From: Pecten maximus
Taxonomy: Eukaryota
Direction of reading: 5' to 3'
NCBI RefSeq assembly: GCF_902652985.1
Contig: NC_047032.1
Coordinates: 3,844,001 to 3,908,000, forward strand
Length of the DNA: 64,000 nucleotides
Shown here: one piece after another, positions 1-10,542 of the stretch
Numbering within the stretch: position 1 is the first letter of the stretch
How the letters are laid out: each line of letters starts with the position of its first letter
Notes under the pieces: generated by a model
What the model saw: only the letters and a program-made list of their open reading frames with translations
Told to the model about the DNA's origin: nothing
Databases searched by the model: none
Made by a program: the position numbers and the translations under genes

Positions 1-2204
1 TTACTCTATCTACTAACCGTGAGTCGACACTCCAAGATTTGCTCTATCTACTAACCGTGAGTTGACGCTCTAAGATTTGCTCTATCTACTAACCGTGGGT
101 CGACGCTCTAAGATTTACTCTATCTACTAACCATGGGTCGACACTCCAAGATTTGCTCTATCTACTAACCGTGGGTCGACGCTCTAAGATTTGCTCTATC
201 TACTAACCGTGGGTCAACACTCCAAGATTTGCTCTTTCTACTAACCGTGGATCAACGCTCTAAGATTTTCTCTATCTACTAACCGTTGGTCGACGCTCTA
301 AGATTTACTCTATCTACTAACCGTGGGTCGACGCTCTAAGATTTGCTCTATCTACTAACCGTGGGTCGACGCTCCAAGATTTACTCTATCTACTAACCGT
401 GAGTCGATGCTCTAAGATTTACTCTATCTACTAACCCTGGGTCGACGCTCTAAGATTTACTCTATCTACTAACCGTGGGTCGACGCTCTAAGATTTACTC
501 TATCTACTAACTGTGGGTCGACGCTCCAAGATTTGCTCTATCTACTAACCCTGGGTCGACGCTCTAAGATTTACTCTATCTACTAACCGTGGGTCGACGC
601 TCTAAGATTTACTCTATCTACTAACCGTGGGTCGACGCTCTAAGATTTGCTCTATCTACTAACCCTGGGTCGACGCTCCAAGATTTGCTCTATCTACTAA
701 CCGTGGGTCGACACTCTAAGATTTACTCTATCTACTAACCGTGAGTTGACGCTCTAAGATTTGCTCTATCTACTAACCGTGGGTCGACACTCTAAGATTT
801 ACTCTATCTAATAACCGTGGGTCGACGCTCTAAGATTTGCTCTATCTACTAACCGTGGGTTAACGCTCTTAGATTTGCTCTATCTACTAACCGTGGGTCG
901 ACGCTCCAAGATTTACTCTATCTACTAACCGTGGGTCGACGCTCTAAGATTTACTCTATCTACTAACCGTGGGTCGATGCTCTAAGATTTGCTCTATCTA
1001 CTAACCGTGGGTCGACGCTCTAAGATTTACTCTATCTACTAACCGTGGGTCGACGCTCCAAGATTTACTCTATCTACTAACCGTGAGTTGACGCTCTAAG
1101 ATTTGCTCTATCTACTAACCGTGGGTCGACGTTCTAAGATTTACTCTATCTACTAACCGTGAGTCGACACTCCAAGATTTGCTCTATCTACTAACCGTGA
1201 GTTGACGCTCTAAGATTTGCTCTATCTACTAACCGTGGGTCGACGCTCTAAGATTTACTCTATCTACTAACCGTGAGTCGACACTCCAAGATTTGCTCTA
1301 TCTACTAACCATGGGTCGACACTCCAAGATTTGCTCTATCTACTAACCGTGGGTCGACGCTCTAAGATTTGCTCTATCTACTAACCGTGGGTCAACACTC
1401 CAAGATTTGCTCTTTCTACTAACCGTGGATCAACGCTCTAAGATTTTCTCTATCTACTAACCGTTGGTCGACGCTCTAAGATTTACTCTATCTACTAACC
1501 GTGGGTCGACGCTCTAAGATTTGCTCTATCTACTAACCGTGGGTCGACACTCCAAGATTTACTCTATCTACTAACCGTGAGTCGATGCTCTAAGATTTAC
1601 TCTATCTACTAACCGTGGGTCGACGCTCTAAGATTTACTCTATCTACTAACCGTGGGTCGACGCTCTAAGATTTACTCTATCTACTAACTGTGGGTCGAC
1701 GCTCCAAGATTTGCTCTATCTACTAACCCTGGGTCGACGCTCTAAGATTTACTCTATCTACTAACCGTGGGTAGACGCTCTAAGATTTACTCTATCTACT
1801 AACCGTGGGTCGACGCTCCAAGATTTGCTCTATCTACTAACCGTGGGTCGACGCTCTAAGATTTGCTCTATCTACTAACCGTGGGTCAACGCTCTTAGAT
1901 TTGCTCTATCTACTAACCGTGGGTCGACGCTCTAAGATCGACTCTATCTACTAACCGTGAGTTGACGCTCTAAGATTTGCTCTATCTACTAACCGTGGGT
2001 CGACACTCTAAGATTTACTCTATCTACTAACCGTGGGTCGACGCTCTAAGATTTGCTCTATCTACTAACCGTGGGTCAACGCTCTTAGATTTGCTCTATC
2101 TACTAACCGTGGGTCGACGCTCCAAGATTTACTCTATCTACTAACCGTGGGTCGACGCTCTAAGATTTACTCTATCTACTAACCGTGGGTCGACGCTCCA
2201 AGAT
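1..2204. repeat. 38-bp tandem satellite (~58 copies, runs off window) in a PIKfyve intron; unit = amplified exon end + GTTAGT donor
   Basis: Unit ttactctatctactaaccgtgggtcgacgctctaagat repeats every 38 nt; the last unit overlaps the 3' end of exon 2184-2314 on the minus strand. Confidence 0.97.
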
Positions 2205-2314
2205 GTTACTGAGTCGGTTGAGAACACTAGACAGCGTCCTGTCAGCATCGCCATGTTGGTGCTCCACCTCAGTTACTGCCACACTCAAACTGTCATTGGG
2301 TACTTCTGTTACTA
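2184..2314 (-). CDS. PIKFYVE: PIKfyve/FAB1 (PI3P 5-kinase) coding exon 3
   Basis: Polypyrimidine tract...ctatcag|TAGTAAC acceptor, ACG|GTTAGT donor, phase 1 to 0. Encodes VTEVPNDS...DRTLSSVLNRLSNILERRPT, resembling the pre-FYVE motif of vertebrate PIKfyve (RSLSTVLKRLKEIME, from memory). Confidence 0.85.
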
Positions 2315-2806
2315 CTGATAGGGGAACAATAGAAACATTCAACAAAGGAATAATCAAACGTCAGATAAAAGGTGATTTTTTTCATTATTGTTACATACAT
2401 GGACTTCCGAAATATCAAATTGTGTATTGTTTGGGTAAATAAAAAATGCCAGTCAGTAACAAATATTTTGAATGAATACCTTAAAAATATATATATTTTT
2501 TTTTTTTAAATGGTAGTTTTTTAACTGTAACACAAGTACTGAACACACATAACTGGTATAGGCTTGTTTATTATGGCTTAAACAATGATTTAGTCCTCAA
2601 GATCCCCCCCCCCCCCATGCAAATATTGTATAACATGAAATTATAAAAGTGGGCAACATGCATAAAAACGTTAGTTTGTACATTCAACTGACCATACCTT
2701 GGTCCCAAAACATTATCAGTAATCCAATCATGGCTACGGTAAATATCTCCTCAATTCTACCTAAGTTCTCTGAACCATTTCTGGGCAATCATTATCAACT
2801 ATAGCT

Positions 2807-3658
2807 ACAGCTATACTCACCGCCAGTCACCTCAGGGTGGACCGTCCCCAGAGTGACAGACAGCTATACTCACCGCCAGTCACCTCAGGGTGGACCGTCC
2901 TCGGAGTGACAGACAGCTATACTCACCACCAGTGACCTCAGGGTGGACCGTCCCCAGAGTGATAGACAGCTATACTCACCGCCAGTCACCTCAGGGTGGA
3001 CCGTCCCCGGAGTGACAGACAGCTATACTCACCGCCAGTCACCTCAGGGTGGACTGTCCTCGGAGTGACAGACAGCTATACTCACCGCCAGTGACCTCAG
3101 GGTGGACCGTCCTCGGAGTGACAGACAGCTATACTCACCGCCAGTGACCTCATGTTGGACCGTCCTCGGAGTGACAGACAGCTATACTCACCACCAGTCA
3201 CCTCTGGGTGGACCGTCCTCGGAGTGACAGACAGCTTTACTCACCGCCAGTGACCTCAGGGTGGACCGTCCTCGGAGTGACAGACAGCTATACTCACCGC
3301 CAGTCACCTCAGGGTGGACCGTCCCCGGAGTGACAGACAGCTATACTCACCGCCAGTGACCTCAGGGTGGACCGTCCTCGGAGTGACAGACAGCTATACT
3401 CACCGCCAGTCACCTCAGGGTGGACCGTCCCCGGAGTGACAGACAGCTATACTCACCGCCAGTGACCTCAGGGTGGACCGTCCTCGGAGTGACAGACAGC
3501 TATACTCACCGCCAGTCACCTCAGGGTGGACCGTCCCCGGAGTGACAGACAGCTATACTTACTACCAGTCACCTCAGGGTGGACTGTCCTCGGAGTGACA
3601 GACAGCTATACTCACCGCCGGTCACCTCAGGGTGGACCGTCCTCGGAGTGACAGACAG
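2807..3658. repeat. 53-bp tandem satellite (~16 copies); unit = amplified exon end + GTGAGT donor
   Basis: Unit agctatactcaccgccagtcacctcagggtggaccgtcctcggagtgacagac, period 53; the terminal unit overlaps exon 3616-3738. Confidence 0.97.
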
Positions 3659-3738
3659 TCGTCTGTTGATGAGCTCCCTATCTACAGAAGGGTCACGGGA
3701 GGACTTCTGGCTGCTTCCTCGAGAGGAGGACGCGTCAT
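3616..3738 (-). CDS. PIKFYVE: PIKfyve coding exon 2
   Basis: ttgccttgacag|ATGACG acceptor, GGCG|GTGAGT donor; 123 nt, phase 1-1, open and in frame with both neighbours (DDASSSRGSSQK...VHPEVTG). Confidence 0.85.
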
Positions 3739-3949
3739 CTGTCAAGGCAACAGACAGTAGGACATTTAGATGACCCCGTCTAACTCTTTGTGGTCAGTAT
3801 GTAAATTTAGCACTTGATGTCTTGTGAAACATTTTATATTAATAATTTGGTGTTTTTTTTAGCTTTCAATATTCCTATCAGTTAAAATTTTACTACTAAT
3901 TAAAGACGCCATATCTTCAGTACTAGATAAAAGCCAGTACGATATAAAG

Positions 3950-4156
3950 CTACAGTACAGTATATTCTACCTGTCCACCTGTAGATATAGACCTACAGTA
4001 CAGTATATTCTACCTGTCCACCTGCAGATATAGACCTACAGTATAGTATATTCTACCTGTAGATATAGACCGACAGTACAGTATATTCTACCTGTAGATA
4101 TAGACCTTCAGTACAGTATATTCTATCTGTAGATATAGACCTATACAGTACAGTAT
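3950..4156. repeat. short minisatellite (~35-44-bp unit tacagtacagtatattctacctgtagatatagacc)
   Basis: About 5 imperfect tandem copies. Confidence 0.85.
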
Positions 4157-4157
4157 A

Positions 4158-4340
4158 CAGTCAAACCTGCTCTAGCGACCCCCTGTATATAACGACTGCC
4201 TGTCTATAATGACCGATTTTAAGATTCCCCTTAAGATTTTACTATATAACGACCCTCTGAATAGCGACTACCTGTCTTATGTGACTAACGACCGGTGATT
4301 TTGGAACGTCAGTCGCTTATTTGTTTTCTATAGTGACCGA
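4158..4340 (+). mobile_element. Tc1/mariner-pogo-type MITE left-end fragment
   Basis: TA|CAGTCAAACCTG start followed by subterminal (a/g)cgacc repeats; no matching right TIR seen. Confidence 0.5.
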
Positions 4341-4659
4341 TTTCTGTCAGCCATCTTCTGCTCTCGACAGTCATCCCTCATAACATCCCCGGAAAATTCA
4401 GACACATCGACCCGGAAAATTCAGACACATCGACCCTGGCCTGATTATATAAACAGAAGACCCTTACCACCTGTTATCCTATAATTACTGTAGCTGCCCT
4501 GGCCTGGGGCTCGGTAAGAAAGGAGTCGGGTCACCATGCGTGTCGGTATTACATTACAACTGTGCATAGGTGGCTTCATTTGACACGGTCAGCTTATTTT
4601 GTGATTACAACTAGGATACATCACTTCAATAACAAACACTAGTCATATCTGTGTACTAC

Positions 4660-4768
4660 CTTTACTTCTTTTCCAGAGTCTGGTGAAGAGATTTCCTCCT
4701 TCAGACACCTCTGAGCTCAGGGGTCCAAACACTGTCAGGGTTGTGGGAGTCTCATCCCACATAGACAT
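4660..4768 (-). CDS. PIKFYVE: PIKfyve first coding exon (MSMWDETPTTLTVFGPLSSEVSEGGNLFTRLWKRSK)
   Basis: Exon 4660-4785 with ttttttgacag acceptor and AAAG|GTAGT donor. ATG at 4768, 109 coding nt (phase 1). LTxFxPL resembles the PIKfyve N-terminus (LTHFKPLTPD). Confidence 0.83.
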
Positions 4769-4872
4769 CCTACAGCTGCTGCATCCTGTCAAAAAACCAA
4801 CAACACGGGGGCCAATAATACTGACTGTGTTGGACGGTACTACTGTAGCGGAACTGGACCGGGTCGATCATC

Positions 4873-4967
4873 GGCGACCAGGTAGCTCAATCGGTACAGC
4901 ATTCAGAGTTTCCGGGATTCAAATCCCGGGTCTGGCTGTGCATTTTTCCACTCCTACTACACTACAA
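4873..4967 (+). mobile_element. tRNA-derived SINE head (degenerate)
   Basis: A-box-like tagctcaatcgg (4883-4894) and B-box-like gattcaaatccc (4916-4927); no intact cloverleaf. Confidence 0.55.
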
Positions 4968-5486
4968 TGTCTTACTCGGTATATAGACGAAAATAGTTTG
5001 ACCAAAATAAAGGTCTTCTGTTCATTTACCTATGACATTGGAAGAGTTGTGGCCATTTGTTACCGATTAGTGATATGAAACCACATCATGTTAATAAAAT
5101 ATCAGAAACGCTGATCTCATATATTGAAATTAAGCACAATCTAAGAAACATCGCACCGATGTCCACAAGTAACTGTATTCGTGACAATTTACAATCGTTG
5201 TCTGGTCATAATGTAGGTGATAGGGACTTACATAATGCCTACTTGTTGTTATGTACTAAATATATGAATTTAAGTTGGTTTACTATCGAGTATATGATAT
5301 ATATATAGAATCTATACCTGTACAGTTTATCAGCTGTTTATATCGTTCAGAATTCAGTGTCCGGCGATATATTTTTGACTCTCCGTTATTTTCTTTATCA
5401 AGACTGAGCTAAATGAATCAAGATAATTAGGATCGACGCTGATTCAGATTTACATTGATTAAAAGCTGGAAGTCCGAGCCGCGTTT

Positions 5487-5600
5487 ACTCACCCACTCAG
5501 ACCATAGACTTGTCATGCGATCATCTTTTCAATGTTTTTAGGATTTTGTTTACTTCCGGGTCAGGTGTGCATGAAGGGAAGTAACTCAAATGACGAGCGT
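5487..5600 (-). promoter_or_regulatory. probable PIKfyve non-coding first exon (ending at 5493) and core promoter
   Basis: Minus-strand GG|GTGAGT donor at 5487-5492; ETS/GABPA-type CCGGAAGT at 5552-5559; CpG-richer than the flanks. Confidence 0.55.
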
Positions 5601-6223
5601 GGGGGTCATTTCTTGTATTCCGTGCCAAACCCGTGCTTTTGACCCGAGCCAAAAAAAATTCCTGCTTCAACGAATTATGGCTAACTCGAACCCTTTCCAA
5701 CAAACTCGTACCCAAAATTTGCGGAGTCGTACCTAAAAGTGTTGTACTCGTATCCTAAAGAAATTGGCGAACTCGTACTCAACTTACAAAATTAATTCAA
5801 ATGAAATAGACGTCCTTTTAATGAAAAAATATATATTTATATATCGGTGTACCTAATGAGTAACCAGAGAGTGTCGAGTGACTTTTGCACGCCCAGGAAT
5901 TCGTTAATTAATATATTTTGATTTTTTTTCTATAACATACAAATTGTACTTACATGAATTTCTAACATCGTGCAACATTTTATTGCAATCGGACGACTGT
6001 ATAGCGATGTGTTTTGATACTGAATCTAGCCTTCGGTAATCACTTCACTGTCATGGCCATTTTATTTCTAGGACTCACACAACTAAATAATTTACTATAT
6101 GTTATTACTAGTGACCAAATCCCTTTATTCGTTCGTTTGAAGTTCAAATGATGTGAAATTTATATCAAATTAAAGTTTGAAGATTTTTCTATCGGATAAA
6201 TGCCGTTATTGTATAGGTTTAAT

Positions 6224-6251
6224 CAGAGACATATCTGTATATATGTCTCTG
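6224..6251. mobile_element. P-element-like excision footprint / mini-element (28 bp)
   Basis: gtttaat|cagagacatat-ctgtatatatgtctctg|gtttaat: 7-bp TSD; halves match the TIRs of the element at 20151-21285. Confidence 0.8.
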
Positions 6252-7203
6252 GTTTAATGGCATATAAGAGCACACGGGTACTCGGAAGACAGTAACCCCG
6301 ACATTAACAGTACACTGGGGAACCCCTACCTGGGGAATTCCCGCCTTTTTACACCTCGAATCCTACGCCATTCTATTTTCAGTAGGAGTGTATATTTTTG
6401 ATTTTCCAAACCTCAAGACCCTATACTTTATTCTCGTATATAGAAAGTACCCATTTCATATATTAATTACTCAGGAAAACAGCTTCAAACCTAAGAAACA
6501 CATTCTCCTCAGGGACTTGGTTTACACTGATTGGCTGATTTAGTTGTGTGAGTCCTTCTACCATCCATGGGATATGTTAATGACATAATTTCAAATCTGA
6601 AACCTGAAACAAAAATACTTACAAAAACTTATTATTTCATCATGACCATGAATATATATACATACACTTTCGAAGTGAACCATAAATGCACTAATTTTGA
6701 ATATGTATATGTTTTGATATTTCCTTTTTAAGGAGACGAACTAATATAAGCTTTAGGCTTGTTTTCGAATCCTTACATTCATGTAATGTGTACAACTTTG
6801 TTGTTTACAAAATAAAATACTGTTTAAACCAATCATTGAGACAAGTGATCATCTGACATGACAGATGATCTATCCGTGACTCCGCCCACCTGCGGTGTTG
6901 TCTAATTGGATTGGTTAATTTAACTTTTGCACCTGTCTAGCTGTCAACTAACCCGCGTCTCCGCCTACTTGTGTTCAATGGAAGATGATGACAGGTGACG
7001 AAATCTATCAATAGGCGGAGACACGTAACTAACAAATTAGGTGTCGTACTGTTTGTCCGTTATCTCCCACCTTTCAGGTGATAGGCCGTCAATTTGTAAG
7101 GCAGTAGAAACGAAACGTATTTGGATGGATAATGGTAAGAGTACATTAAGTTTTAAAGAAAAAATATGATATTCTAAAAGATAGAAAACTTTGTGGAAAT
7201 ACG

Positions 7204-7947
7204 ATGTGTTATGTACAGGACATTTTAAAGAAACAGCTTCCAAATATAAAAGGTATGCAGGATACGGGTTACGCTCCAGTTTTGAAAAAAAGTAGGTGGG
7301 ATTCTGCTTTACGAATTAAACCAAATACAGCACCAGCAGTGCAGATTCATCATACAGGTGAGGACCATTGCGTAGTATCGGTACAGGAGGTAGATGATAA
7401 CGAGGTATTTATTCTTGATGGTTTAATAAGTTTAACTAAACAGAAAGATCATTTGTAAGCGTCGTTATATAGAAATGCAGGTAACTTCAACGTATGGGGA
7501 AAATAGGAAAATCTTGAAAACAATTTTACCGAACGTACAGCAGCAGAAAAATGAGATTGATTGCGGGTTTTTTTTTTTTTTTTTTTTTTTGCGATAGCTA
7601 ATTTAGTAGAGTTTTGTTTCAACTGTTTTAACGGGAGTGATCAATTATAATTTTACATTGATTGTATGAGACAGCATCTTGTTAATTGTATTTCGAATGG
7701 TAGATGTTCTAATTTTATAAGTAGGAAACCAAATAAAAATAGGAAAAAGAAAGTTTCACAGGCATTTAAGTATTATGTTTTTATCGATTGCGAGTCAGGC
7801 GGGTGTCACCTTTCTAAGGTTTACGATGATATGGTAACTTGTGATGCTGGTTGTAATAGGTGGTTTCACAATAGATGTGTAATTGATAAGTCAGATTTCA
7901 ATTTTTCAAGAGATACTTTCGTTTGGCATTGTAATAAGTGTTCGTAG
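7204..7947 (+). pseudogene. frameshifted Ulp1-like cysteine protease + C-terminal PHD finger, probably transposon-derived
   Basis: QIHHTGEDHCVV...FILDGL, then VQQQKNEIDCG, AIANLVEFC, MRQHLVNC and C..C...MVTCDAGCNRWFHNRCV...WHCNKC (PHD). Broken by a stop and an expanded poly-T. Confidence 0.65.
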
Positions 7948-8339
7948 ATCTTTATAATAGTGTTTAATAATCAACTGGTAAGTTCAACTACAGAAATATA
8001 GGCTGTTACGACATACAAAACTAATTATGATATTAAGCAATTAGGATTAAATGTAATTAATAGAATTAAATAGGTAGGTAGGTAGTTAACAGTAAATAAA
8101 TAGGAAACTAAATAAATAGATAGTTAACTGTAAATAAGTTGGAAATTAATTTGCGTATATAAATACTCAGATGGTAAACATGGTATAAAATGTAAATGTA
8201 TGTAATATTTAAATAACTAATAAATTATATGGACTCATTGTAGAACCACGTCCCCGTCGTTGAGTCTGAAAACATTTCATATAGCCAAGAGTTCTACATA
8301 ATATATGTACACAAATTAAAGCTCGGGCTCGGGTGAGTT

Positions 8340-10542
8340 GTCTGCCCTTAGCACGTGCTCGGTGTAAACATGGCGAGCCAGCTGGCTAGTCCGGTGATCT
8401 GAGGCTTGGTTACCAAAAAGTCCAAATTTCCAATGAAATAAACCGAGATTGATGTTGAAGTTGATATTTTTAAAACAAGTTATATATACTGGTTACATGC
8501 ATGTAAGAATATTAAAAAAAATAACGCATGTATTTCAAATAATTTGCAAACAAGAAATATCTTTAAAAAAGATAAACGGCATAGTTTTAATGCTGGTGGT
8601 TATAATGTAAAACTACTGGTGAAATAAATTAACGAACTACGATGTAATTAATAAATGCGCAGTTTCAGCACGGATAACAAAATTATATCAGTTTGAATCA
8701 TTTTTGGTGATAAAGGGACATCACGGTAAAAACGTTGCAATTTTCACTGAATGTACGCGTTTTGTTCCTTTCCAGTTATGTTTCTGTGCTGTTCCAATGT
8801 TCACAGTCAATCCCTATGTCCAGCTTGACCACTCGATTCAGTTGGGAACCCCCCTCTAAATTTAGCGCGGAAATTATTTTTAGATCATTACGTGACTGTT
8901 TTGAAATCGTGGCAACACAAACACACGATAGTTTGCAAGGCGATATCTATATTCCATCTGGGTTAGTTGGATAACGATATTATACACAGTGGTTTAAATG
9001 TTAAATAACACGTTCTGTAAATATTACGGCACACATATTTATGTGTAAATAAGTGTAAACACTGTTCATATAGTATAGTGACAGTAGCGATGTACTGGTA
9101 CAGACTGTATTTATGTAAATATTACCGAGATTATCATGACCTACTATCAAACAATCAAGCAGAATACGAGCGGCGTCCGTATTACTGCTGTTTTCATGTT
9201 TGAACTGTTACAATCTATTGTACTACTTCCCAAGTTTAATTCTAGGATTGTGTTTGATCCATTTTCCTATTATTCTCTTCATTGCGGAAGCTGTTATAGT
9301 TTTCAACCGCAGTCGATTCACATTGGAAGCCATTTTTGTTTCCGTATATGTCACAACATTTGCATATTCAGCATTTTGCATTGACCCCTACATTGACCAA
9401 TCACATACTTCATCTTCACCAGAACGCCACCTGTCGCGTCATATCCGGGGCCAAAACCAAATTAGACGGCTATGCCGAAAAACGTGAATAGTCACGCTTG
9501 ATTGCGGCAGAGACCTATATATACATTTGTAGGTCTCTGATTGCGGGATACAATGACCCACTGAAAAATGAAAATCGGCGATTTCAAGAGCAATATTTAT
9601 TTATATGAAATTTTGCTGGCACGGTTAAGTGACAAACATAAACACAAACAAATGTAGAGAAAAGGAGTTTAATCAGTCTATCCGTTAAGGAAAAATATCG
9701 AAAGCTCGGGCTCGGCTCGGGATATGAGAAATGACCTCCACCACGAACAAGGTAACACCGTATAACATGAAACGGTGTAGCGTGTACTATGCAAGTAGAA
9801 CGAATAAGCATACCTTGCTTTCACTCCGTTCCCGGCAGGGTATGAAGTCCCTCCCATTGCCGATAGTGTAGCACGGCCCGATGTGATATTTTTCAGATAA
9901 TATCCAACTGTAAATTATTGTTCTGGCAACTTTGACTAATATTCAATTCACAAACCTACCAATTATAATGTTTATATATAAGCGGTAAAAGTCGGAGCAA
10001 ACACAACGTACACATAAATCTGTTCAAATACGCCGCCATGTTTGATTTACATATTCCTTATAAGGAAACTGTAACGAAATGGACTGTCTGCGACAGGCTA
10101 CCAGTTGAAAACTTTTTGAAGTTTAAAAGTCGGAAAATTAAGAAAAGTTGTTCTGAAACTAGATTATTTAAAGTTTTATTTGTAATTTACATGAAAGAAG
10201 TTTTTGAAAATCGTGCTAAAAGTCTGTGTCATCATATTTACTATCGTAGTAAAATCTGTAGGTCATTCCATATAAGGTAAACTTACCATAATTGGAGCGC
10301 GAGACTTTCCAACGAGAAGTGTCATGGCGGCCAAACAAGCCATACTGAAGCTGTGACTTAGAGAAATGTGCGTAGTGACACGATATAAACATGATGGTAG
10401 GTAGGTTAATAAATTATCAGTTTATGCTAGAAATGTGTAATAATACTGAATTTAAATGCAAATTTACATGACACTCACTAGTTGTATCATTTTCACCGCT
10501 GGATGTTTTGCAACACTACGGTCAATGGGACGGAATCGTAGC
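8340..10542. repeat. copy 1 of a directly duplicated 2.2-kb block (copy 2 at 13877-16084)
   Basis: Near-identical sequence and ORF track at offset ~5540; identity continues into the adjacent MULE. Confidence 0.95.
9508..9539. mobile_element. P-element-like excision footprint (32 bp); duplicated at 15050-15081
   Basis: attgcgg|cagagacc...ggtctctg|attgcgg, 7-bp TSD. Confidence 0.8.

Noticed and set aside
1-3658. Regular short repeats resembling a CRISPR array
   Set aside because: Head-to-tail units with no unique spacers, eukaryotic intron context, no cas genes
4873-4967. Possible tRNA gene
   Set aside because: A/B boxes present but no complete cloverleaf or anticodon arm; treated as SINE-derived
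2185-5078. Plus-strand ORFs 2185-2442, 3579-3773 and 4683-5078
   Set aside because: Antisense shadows of the PIKfyve exons; splice signals and homology are on the minus strand
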